Source: Promethearchaeota archaeon
GTDB lineage: Archaea > Asgardarchaeota > Lokiarchaeia > Sigyniarchaeales > SOKP01
Reading direction: 5' to 3'
NCBI GenBank assembly: GCA_019058295.1
Contig: JAHPZI010000018.1
Location: 2,134 to 66,133 of the forward strand
Length of the DNA stretch: 64,000 nucleotides
In this document: positions 20,884 through 28,866 of the stretch, piece by piece
Layout: every line of letters starts with the position of its first letter
Position numbering within the stretch: the stretch's first letter is position 1
Translations under genes and position numbers: made by a program
Notes under the pieces: model-generated
Database searches by the model: none
Seen by the model: only the letters and a program-made list of their open reading frames with translations
Told to the model about the DNA's origin: nothing

Positions 20884-22863
20884 ATGGTAGAAACTAAAAG
20901 CGATATTTCTAAAGATAACGAGGAAATTCGAATTTTCGTTGCTGTCTGTCAATGAGGAATTAACATTAGCGAGATTATAGACTGTACTGCTCTTGTAGAA
21001 TTCTCAAAGACGCTTCCGAATGTTGTTGAGGCCTCAGAATATATTAGTCTTTGCACAGAACCGGGCGCTGAGTTTATAAAAGAAAAAATGACTGAAAGTA
21101 ATGCAAATAGATTAATAGTAGCCTCTTGTACTCCAAAAACTCACGAACCTGTTTTTAAGAGTGTATTAGAATCAATGGATTTGGACTCCTCCTACTTAGA
21201 ATTTGTAAATATCCGTGAACATTCAAGCTTTGTACATCGTAATGATAAACCAGGAGCCCAAAAAGTAGCTGAAGACGCAATTAGGTCTGCAGTTGCCAGA
21301 GCTGCAGTTTTAGAACCTATTTTGGTAAAAGAAGTTGATATTACTAAGAAGGCCTTAATAATTGGTGGTGGAGTTGCGGGTTTAACGGCTGGAATTGATT
21401 TAGCAGAGCAAGGTTTTGAAGTCCACTTAGTTGAAAAAAACCCTACTATAGGAGGAAAAATGGCTAAATTAGATCGTACATTTCCAACAGACGATTGTAG
21501 CATATGAATTCTTGGTCCAGTAATGCTTCAGTCTGCTAGAACTCCAGGGCTCAATCTTTACACTTATAGTGAGCTAGAAGATGTAGAAGGATTTATTGGT
21601 AATTTTAAAGTAAAAATAAGAAGGAAGGCTCGATATGTTACAAATGATTGTAATGGATGTGGGGCATGCTTTGAGGTATGTCCTGCGTTTGGATATAACG
21701 AGTTTAACGAGGGAATGGATCCAAGAAAAGCTATTTATGTCTCGTTTGCTCAAGCTGTTCCATCATTAGCACAAATTGATATGGATCGCTGTATAAGATG
21801 TGAATTATGTACAAATGCATGCGAACTTGAAGCTATAGATTTTAATCAAGAAGATGAAATTATTGAGCTAGAAGTTGGTTCAATTATAGTTGCTACAGGT
21901 TGGGATGAATATATACCTGAAACCGGCTATTTAGGTTATAATATCTATCCGAATGTAATCACAGAGTTACAACTCGAAAGAATATTAGCACCGAATGGAC
22001 CGACTATAGGGCATCTTGTTAGACCATCTGATGGTAAACGACCCAAAAGAATTTTATTTATTCAATGCGTAGGATCACGGGATTTAAACAAAAATACCTA
22101 TTGTAGTGCTGGAGTCTGTTGTATGATTGCAATTAAAAATACGAAACTAATCAAACAACATTATCCAGATACAGAAATCGATGTTGCTTACATGGATATA
22201 CGGGCTGCTGGAAAAGATTACGAAGAATATTTTACAGCATCTAGAAAAGAAGGGATAAGATATATTAGAACAAACATCTCTAAATTAAAAGATGATCCTT
22301 TAACTGGTAATATTAAAGTCATAATGCAAAATACGCTAAGAGAATCGCTTGGATTAAAAGAAATGGAATATGATTTAGTTGTTTTATCTGCGTCAATGAT
22401 GCCTGCCCAAGGAATTGGAAAAATCGAAAAAATGCTAAAACTTGAAACAAGCCAAGATGGATTCTTCAAGGAGTTTCATTCGAGATTAAATCCTATTGAC
22501 ACAAAAATACCTGGTATTGCGCTTGCAGGGGTTGCTCAAGGACCTAAATCTATCGCTGAATCTATTGCACATGGGAGAGCTGCGGCTTCGTCTTTAGCTA
22601 GGTTAATGTCTAAAGATAAGTATCGTATACTCTTAATTCGAGCAACTGTTGATAAAGAAAAGTGTGCTAAATGCGGTTTATGTGAATTGAACTGCCCTTA
22701 CATGGCAATTACTATAAATGATGACGGAGCTGAAGTAAACGAGATACTATGTAGAGGATGCGGATCATGCTTAGCAAACTGTCCTTCTGAAGCTATAACC
22801 CTCAGATATTATCGAGAACCTCAATATGAAAAACAAATAGATGCAATATTAGAAGAGATTTAG
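20884..22863 (+). CDS. hdrA: Heterodisulfide reductase subunit A (FAD, multiple 4Fe-4S) with two in-frame TGA (putative selenocysteine) codons
   Basis: One reading frame joins the unlisted 5' segment (ATG 20884) with ORFs 21088..21507 and 21523..22863. TGA 20953-20955 falls in VAVCQ-U-GINIS (HdrA VCHCGxNI motif). TGA 21505-21507 falls in TFPTDDCSI-U-ILGP (HdrA DCSxCILAP motif). GGGVAGLTAG FAD site and four CxxCxxCxxxCP ferredoxin motifs. Confidence 0.85.
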
Positions 22864-22864
22864 A

Positions 22865-23350
22865 GTGGTGATAAAAATAACAATAAATAATGAGAGTAAG
22901 ATTCTGGCTTTTTTATGCTGGAAATGAGGTTATGGCGCCGGAGATATGGCTGGAACAATTCGAGCTCAATATCCTGCGACAATTAGACCTATAAGAATTA
23001 ATTGTACCGGAAGAGTAACACCTAGTTTAATCATGAGAACAATTGGAAAAGGCGCTGATGGTGTAATGATTGCTGGATGATACAAAGGTGAGTGTGATTA
23101 TGAAACCGGGAATTTAGTTGCTGAAAGAAATGTAGAATATGTAAAGAATATCTTGAAGGCAACTGGAATATCACCTGAAAGAATTCAAATGGTTCACTGT
23201 AGTGCAGCTGAAGGGCAAGTATTTCAAAATGAAGTAATTCGGATTTCAGAAATAATTGAAAATTTAGGCAGCAATCCCTTGAAAGAGTCTTTATCTTCAC
23301 ATCCTGAAGCTAAGGATTCCGAAAAAGGTAAAAAAAATAAAACCGAATAG
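22865..23350 (+). CDS. mvhD: MvhD/VhuD-like (FlpD family) 2Fe-2S electron-transfer subunit with two in-frame TGA (putative selenocysteine) codons
   Basis: Manual translation from GTG 22865 gives VVIKITINNESKILAFLCWK-U-GYGAGDMAGTIRAQYPATIRPIRINCTGRV...GADGVMIAG-U-YKGECDYETGN...RIQMVHCSAAEG. TGAs at 22925-22927 and 23078-23080 sit where the family has Cys (CNWCaY, GChpgdCHY). The start is 1 nt after the hdrA stop. Confidence 0.8.
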
Positions 23351-23450
23351 AATGAATATCCAATAAAAATTGTAGATTGGATATGACTGACCCATAGCAT
23401 GGGATTCGGAAAAAATAGCATTAATTTATATTAATTAAAATAAGTATTTT

Positions 23451-23481
23451 ATATCCCGAAGCTCAGGTTTCATGGGAATAT
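23451..23481 (+). promoter_or_regulatory. Imperfect hairpin in the mvhD 3' UTR; candidate SECIS-like element or terminator
   Basis: ATATCCC-GAAGC-TCAG-GTTTC-AT-GGGAATAT. It has a G-C-closed lower stem, a GAA immediately above it and an unpaired A/AT on the 3' side. It only loosely recalls the archaeal GAA_A SECIS layout. Confidence 0.2.
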
Positions 23482-23525
23482 CTAAAAACAATTTCATATA
23501 CATTAGATTCATACCGAGTCAAAAA

Positions 23526-23849
23526 TTATAATTTGAATTCCTTATTTAATATATTGATGACGATGGCGTGTTCTTCTTCATCTAAGTCTTTTAAATCCCT
23601 AGACTGATTATATTCAATAAAAAGTTCTTTTGTATTTTTTTCTTTGTTTTTATTTTTTAATTCTGCTCCACATTTTTGGCAGAATTTGCTAAAGCCACGA
23701 TTTTTTGAATGACATATAGGGCAAGAAATTATCATACTTTTCTTTTTAAAATCTTCTACCAAATTCTCAAAACGTTCTCGATAGTATTCTTTTGGACTCT
23801 TACCCCTCAACTCCTCAATTCCGGTTATCCAATTTATTTTTGCTTCCAT
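23526..23849 (-). CDS. Zinc-ribbon protein, unknown function
   Basis: 107 aa. CPICHSKNRGFSKFCQKCGAEL double CxxC. Confidence 0.45.
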   Translation of the reverse strand: MEAKINWITGIEELRGKSPKEYYRERFENLVEDFKKKSMIISCPICHSKNRGFSKFCQKCGAELKNKNKEKNTKELFIEYNQSRDLKDLDEEEHAIVINILNKEFKL

Positions 23850-23896
23850 AGCATTTTTTCACCTCAATTAAATAAAAATAAAAAAATCAATTTCTG

Positions 23897-24055
23897 TTAA
23901 ATTTTGCTTTCTTTTTCTGTTTTAATAGAGTTCTTTAGTAGATCTACACCGCAATAAGAACAGATATTTTGCTCATTTTCTTTAAATTCAGATAATAAGG
24001 AGCCACAATAAAAACAAGATCTAACCTTATTTTTATTTACTTTAATATTTATCAC
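23897..24055 (-). CDS. Possible 52-aa zinc-ribbon miniprotein
   Basis: Manual translation from GTG 24055 gives VINIKVNKNKVRSCFYCGSLLSEFKENEQNICSYCGVDLLKNSIKTEKESKI, with two CxxC pairs. Below the ORF-track size cutoff. Confidence 0.3.
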   Translation of the reverse strand: MINIKVNKNKVRSCFYCGSLLSEFKENEQNICSYCGVDLLKNSIKTEKESKI

Positions 24056-24428
24056 CTATATGTAAATAATAAAATCTTTAATTAGATAAAAGAGATTTAG
24101 AAATTTAAATAATCTGTAGTCCAATTCTTGTCTAAATCTATAATTATAAAAGATATACTTAATTAATATAAGTATTTTCACTCAAATAATTTTAAAATAT
24201 AAAATTTTTGAGTAAAAACTTATTAAGTTTTTATTAATGGTTAGAACTTAAGAAATCTTATATCTTAATAGATAATAATATCAGATTATCAATAAGGTCG
24301 ACTGAGTAGAATAATAAACCTAATAAAAAAGACCAAAAATTTACGCTTTCACACTAAAAATTTTATATAATTATTTTAATTCATAATTTTAACACTAAAG
24401 ATTAGTGTAAAACTTATAAGTATTTAAT

Positions 24429-25739
24429 ATGCCTAAAGATCCTCTTATAGAAGCTGAAAAAAAGTTAAGTAAAGCAGAGTTATTTTTTAATGCTGATCAA
24501 TTTAAAAAAGCGGGAAAATTATTCAATTCCGCAGCAGATTCATTTTTTAAACAAAAAGAATATAACTTAGCAAGGGAATGTTATAATAATGCGGCAAGTT
24601 CTTTTATTCATTTAAAAAGATACAGCCTCGCAATTGGAGCCTTAAGAAATGCAGGTGATTGTTCTTTATTTATTAACGAATACTCCGATGCGAATAGATT
24701 TTTCAAGAAAGTTATTAATTACCTACCTAATTATAAGAAAACGGCAGATCGTGATTATCTTTACATCCTATTTTCATCCTTATCGTATTTATGTTTATTT
24801 GTTGAAGGGAAACAAGACCAAGGATTAGATTTTATTAAACAAATAAAAAAAAACGTAGATAGTGGATTTTTTAAGGAATCTCCAACCATTAGTCTTGTAA
24901 AGAATTTAACAATAGCGGTCCGAGATAAAAACAAAGATTATCTTGATAAGGTAATTAAGAGTTTTAAAAAATATGATTTTCATATAGTTGAAGAAAAACT
25001 TTTAAGAGAAGTATTGGTGGCAGCTAAATCAATTCTCTCTTTAGAAATAAAATTAAGCCTTGATAAAGAACAATACACTACTAAGGATATAATAAATTTA
25101 AAGATAGATCTAAATACACAACCTTTATTAGAGATTTCTCAAAATTCTTTTTATAATTATAATATTGAGAGAATAAAAGTTACAAACATTGGGTTAAACC
25201 TTTCTGAAAATATTATTGCTCAAAAAAAACCTAATCTACCAGTAACAATAAATGCTGGTGAGAGTTATCAGTTCGAAATTCTCTTAAAGTCCCACTTTCA
25301 AGTTGATGAGCCTTTTATTGGCCCTATTTCTTTAAATTGCGAGATGGACGATAAATTCATGTTTCTGCTTCAAGAAAAAGAAGCCATAAAACCAAATATA
25401 ATATCTCCTCCTCCTTCATTAGATATTTCTATAAAAAATCTGAGACCTCCGTTAATCAGTCAAACATTTCCGTTAGAAATCTTAATCGAGAATAATAGTC
25501 AGGGAGATGCTCTCGAACTTAATATTAATATTGACTTCCCTAAAGAACTTAAAATAATGAGAGGTACAACTAAAAAGCAAGTATATTATCTTAGTTCAAA
25601 CGATAATATAAAGTGGGAAATTAATCTTAAACCTCTTGAAGCAGGGGATTATATTATAAAAATGGATATAAGTTTTAAAGACCCCGATCAAAATTTAGTT
25701 GAAGAACAAAAAACCTTTCCATTTTCAATAAAATTATAA
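24429..25739 (+). CDS. Hypothetical protein: TPR-like helical N-terminal half plus CARDB/DUF11-like beta-sandwich C-terminal half
   Basis: 436 aa. The N-terminus has repeated helical A..AG/Y..A patterns. The C-terminus has two segments resembling adhesin-type beta-sandwich repeats (VTNIGLNLSENI..., ENNSQGDALELNINIDFP...). No signal peptide. Confidence 0.35.
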   Translation: MPKDPLIEAEKKLSKAELFFNADQFKKAGKLFNSAADSFFKQKEYNLARECYNNAASSFIHLKRYSLAIGALRNAGDCSLFINEYSDANRFFKKVINYLPNYKKTADRDYLYILFSSLSYLCLFVEGKQDQGLDFIKQIKKNVDSGFFKESPTISLVKNLTIAVRDKNKDYLDKVIKSFKKYDFHIVEEKLLREVLVAAKSILSLEIKLSLDKEQYTTKDIINLKIDLNTQPLLEISQNSFYNYNIERIKVTNIGLNLSENIIAQKKPNLPVTINAGESYQFEILLKSHFQVDEPFIGPISLNCEMDDKFMFLLQEKEAIKPNIISPPPSLDISIKNLRPPLISQTFPLEILIENNSQGDALELNINIDFPKELKIMRGTTKKQVYYLSSNDNIKWEINLKPLEAGDYIIKMDISFKDPDQNLVEEQKTFPFSIKL

Positions 25740-25795
25740 GTGATTTTTTTTTTATATCTCTAGTTCTTAAAAACATAATAAAAGGTCGATGATAT

Positions 25796-27325
25796 ATCAA
25801 GCTTGTAGTAAAGAAAATCAATTTTGAAACTGGCACCACTAAGGATGTTATCATTAATGCTAATGATGCGAAAAAACTCAATTTAAAAGCTGGAGATCGT
25901 ATTAATATAAAAAATCCTGAATCTAAGTCTATAGATGACAAATATCGCGTTGCAATTATACAGATTGCTTATTCAGATTCTATTGTAGCTCCGGGTGAAA
26001 TTGGCATTTTCATAGATACTATTAAAGAGATTCAAAATAATACGGAAGTTTCAATACGGCCAATAGATCCTCCAGATTCCTTTAAATTCATAAAGAAAAA
26101 AATTAATGGATTAAAATTAACTAGTGAGGAAATTAATAGGATCATTTCAGATTCAGTTTCAGGTCATCTTTCTCCAATTGAATTAGCTTCATTTATTACA
26201 GGTGTTTCTATAAATGGTATGGATAACGAAGAGATGACAGCTTTGACTCTAGCAGAAACTAAAAGTGGAAATACCTTTGATTTTGGTCCTGAAGTCTATG
26301 ATAAACATTCAACAGGCGGAGTCCCCGGTAATAAAGTTAGTCTAATTATCGTTCCAATTGTTGCTACTGCTGGGTTGACTATTCCCAAGACAAGTACTCG
26401 TGCAATTACATCACCGTCGGGAACTGCTGATAGTATGGAAGCGTTGGCACCTGTTGCTTTTGATTCAGAGGAGTTAAAGAAAATTGTTTCTAAATTAAAA
26501 GCTTGCATTGTCTGGGGGGGTGCTCTTGATTTGGCTCCAGCAGATAATATCATGATTGAAATCGAACGACCACTGCGGATGGATCCATTCGGTTTGATGA
26601 TTCCCTCTATATTGACGAAAAAGCTATCTGTTGGCGTAAAAAAAATAGTCTTAGATATTCCAGTTGGACCAGGGACAAAATTTACGACCCCCAACGATGG
26701 AAAGAAATTCGCTCATTTGTTTAAAGAAATAGCTAAAAATGTTGGTCTTGAGGCAGAATGTGCGCTAACTTTAGCCCATCAACCTATTGGTCATAGTATT
26801 GGACCTGCAATTGAAGCTAAGGAAGCCTTAACTTTGCTTAGAGATTATAATGCGGGTCCTAATTCCTTAATTGAAAAATCAACTTCTTTAGCGGGAATAA
26901 TTCTTGAAATGGGGGGAAAAGCGGAAAAAGGACAGGGTCAAAGTTTAGCAAAGGAGATCCTGCGATCCGGGAAGGCTTACGAAAAAATGAAGCAAATTAT
27001 TGAAGTTCAGGGAGGTGATCCCAACATTCTGCCTGAAGATATTAAATTAGGGACTTATGAGAGAGAATTTTACTCCACTAAGGAAGGACATATTACAGAT
27101 GTAAACAACGCAATTATCAATCAAATAGCTAAAGCAGCTGGCTGTCCAAATTCAAAAACTTCTGGTGTATATATCTTTAAGAAACAAGGAGCTAGAGTTA
27201 AAGAAGGGGAAATAATTTTCAAGGTCTATTCGAACAGTCAATCCAATTTGAAAAGGGCAGAAAAAATTTATAATTCCACAGGCGGACCTGTTATCCTAGG
27301 TGGAATGATAATTGAGACGATTTAA
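25796..27325 (+). CDS. deoA: AMP phosphorylase (archaeal thymidine-phosphorylase-family DeoA); no canonical start codon
   Basis: The ORF track starts at an internal Met (26219). The same frame is open from 25793 and encodes IKLVVKKINFETG...DAKKLNLKAGDRINI...IKKKINGLKLTSEEI...SFITGVSINGM. This is the AMPpase-specific N-terminal domain plus the alpha-helical domain. Downstream are HSTGGVPGNK and TSTRAITSPSGTAD. ATC at 25796 sits where the homolog Met is. Confidence 0.8.
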   Translation: MKLVVKKINFETGTTKDVIINANDAKKLNLKAGDRINIKNPESKSIDDKYRVAIIQIAYSDSIVAPGEIGIFIDTIKEIQNNTEVSIRPIDPPDSFKFIKKKINGLKLTSEEINRIISDSVSGHLSPIELASFITGVSINGMDNEEMTALTLAETKSGNTFDFGPEVYDKHSTGGVPGNKVSLIIVPIVATAGLTIPKTSTRAITSPSGTADSMEALAPVAFDSEELKKIVSKLKACIVWGGALDLAPADNIMIEIERPLRMDPFGLMIPSILTKKLSVGVKKIVLDIPVGPGTKFTTPNDGKKFAHLFKEIAKNVGLEAECALTLAHQPIGHSIGPAIEAKEALTLLRDYNAGPNSLIEKSTSLAGIILEMGGKAEKGQGQSLAKEILRSGKAYEKMKQIIEVQGGDPNILPEDIKLGTYEREFYSTKEGHITDVNNAIINQIAKAAGCPNSKTSGVYIFKKQGARVKEGEIIFKVYSNSQSNLKRAEKIYNSTGGPVILGGMIIETI

Positions 27326-27351
27326 GATTTTAACTTAATTTAAAAATCTAT

Positions 27352-28767
27352 TTATTCACTCAAAAGACCAAATCTTTTAAGACCTTCCCTCATTTCGGCT
27401 TGAAATGGACCCGGAGTTCCTTTTATGAATGCTTCAATAATATCTTGATCTTCTATCCTATTTGAGGAACGCTTTTTAGCCTTTTCCTCTGCAAGAGAAG
27501 AAATAGCCATCCTTGCCATGGATTGAAATGCCGGAGGGGATAATTGTATAAGCTCCTCAAAGACATTTGCAGTTTCAGGATCCCAGTCTAATCCCTTTTT
27601 TGTTTCTTCACTAGGCTCAGAAAGATTAAGCCCAAATTCACGACTTGTAATGATGTTTTTTAAATATTCCCTTAAGGACTGAACATAACGTGGAGATTTT
27701 TCTTGATCAAGAACCACTGCTTTTTTTGCCCATTCTTTACAATAGTTACAGTCATCGCACATTGCTACACAATCTTGCTTTTTAAAGAAGTCGATAAAGC
27801 CATCTAGTTTGGTGTTGTCAATATATAATTTAGATTTTGATTCTTTTCCAATAGTTTTAGTTATTCCTATATTAGGATCTTTCTCTTCCAATCCACCGTG
27901 AGACATCGAAAATCCTTGAATAATATCAACAAGATTACCTTCATATTTTCGTGATGAAAAAGCTTTTACAGACCTTAGGATCCAATCAGTGGTCATACGC
28001 CTTCCCGCGATTTTAAAATCAGTAATCCCAATCTCTTCATAGTGAACTAAATCTTCTGGACGAACCCAACGACATTTCAATACTTCTTCTGGTGTAGAAA
28101 ATTTAATGATACTACAATTGATTATACATGTATCTACATAATTACGTTCAAATTGTTGATATGTCTGTGAAGCATGTCCTAGGGTATTATAATGATAATA
28201 TCTAAAAGGACATTGATATAAACATCCATCAGTTAAAAGTAATACGATCTTACATTTTACTGCTTTCTTTATTTTACTGAGCGTCTTAAAATCACGATTA
28301 ATCATTATATCCGGAGTTATTTCATCCGCCCCAAGCATCTCATAAAATTTAGCTCGATTCACACTATTTACGTGTGAGATGGTAGAAACTCGGACTTTAA
28401 GCTTAGGAAACTGTTCTTTAATCAGCTGTATTAAAAAGGGGATAGTTACAATTACGCTATCGCTACCAATATCACTAATCCATTGAATATACTCGATAAG
28501 CTTGCTATGATAATGCGAATCATACTCAATATTGTTCATACAGGGAGCATTTAGCAAATAAGAAAATTTCATTTTTTTCTTATGTACTTTATCGATATAT
28601 TCTGCTATATCTCCTTTTGAAATGTCTGGTAATAAAAATGAAGGGCGCCCTCCTCCCACTATTGAATGATTAGAAACTCCATAGAGATCTGTCACAGGAT
28701 ATTTAGCCAATTCTTCTATTAAGCTTAAGTCCCAATTAGTTGCAACATAAAATTGAATTAATATCAC
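27352..28767 (-). CDS. U32-family-like (UbiU/V-type) Fe-S TIM-barrel protein with C-terminal PCP_red-like domain
   Basis: 471 aa. The core is paralogous to 28867..30903 (GGGRPSFLLP, TDGCLYQCPFRYYHY..HASQT, DFKIAGRRMTTDW resembling the U32 KIEGR block). Extra CVAMCDDCNYC motif. The last ~80 aa (LDWDPETANVFEELIQLSPPAFQ...AEEKAKK...PGPFQAEMREGLKRFGL) match the domain at the N-termini of the 32102, 34762 and 36187 ORFs. Confidence 0.6.
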   Translation of the reverse strand: MILIQFYVATNWDLSLIEELAKYPVTDLYGVSNHSIVGGGRPSFLLPDISKGDIAEYIDKVHKKKMKFSYLLNAPCMNNIEYDSHYHSKLIEYIQWISDIGSDSVIVTIPFLIQLIKEQFPKLKVRVSTISHVNSVNRAKFYEMLGADEITPDIMINRDFKTLSKIKKAVKCKIVLLLTDGCLYQCPFRYYHYNTLGHASQTYQQFERNYVDTCIINCSIIKFSTPEEVLKCRWVRPEDLVHYEEIGITDFKIAGRRMTTDWILRSVKAFSSRKYEGNLVDIIQGFSMSHGGLEEKDPNIGITKTIGKESKSKLYIDNTKLDGFIDFFKKQDCVAMCDDCNYCKEWAKKAVVLDQEKSPRYVQSLREYLKNIITSREFGLNLSEPSEETKKGLDWDPETANVFEELIQLSPPAFQSMARMAISSLAEEKAKKRSSNRIEDQDIIEAFIKGTPGPFQAEMREGLKRFGLLSE

Positions 28768-28866
28768 CTATTATTTTGGGTTATTTTTTGTTTATGTACA
28801 TTTTTTTTCTTATTTAATACTTAAATAAAAATATTTTAGATTTAGATTATTTTCTTTTTAGCTTTT

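Noticed and set aside
21192-21503. 103-aa minus-strand ORF inside hdrA. Similar antisense ORFs occur at 1357..1596, 15525..15923, 26296..26694, 42995..43303, 45643..45933, 56817..57041 and 57523..57819.
   Set aside because: All are embedded antisense in, or out of frame with, long ORFs that have clear family signatures. None shows recognisable motifs, so they are treated as spurious.
20884-23350. Possibility that TGA is generally reassigned (for example to Trp, Gly or Cys) in this genome
   Set aside because: TGA terminates several otherwise complete genes in the window (for example 14297..14893 and 45645..47084). The four internal TGAs all coincide with conserved Cys columns of known selenoprotein families, so site-specific Sec recoding fits better.
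23383-23410. ATGA...hairpin...GGA arrangement considered as a eukaryote-like kink-turn SECIS
   Set aside because: The bases flanking the CCCAT/ATGGG stem do not pair to place ATGA opposite GA, so the defining non-Watson-Crick quartet cannot be drawn.
24056-24428. 373-nt AT-rich non-coding region with a small hairpin (ACACTA-AAGAT-TAGTGT at ~24393-24409), considered as an ncRNA or riboswitch
   Set aside because: It has no GC-rich structured core and no recognisable RNA family features. Most simply it is a divergent promoter region for 23897..24055 and 24429..25739.
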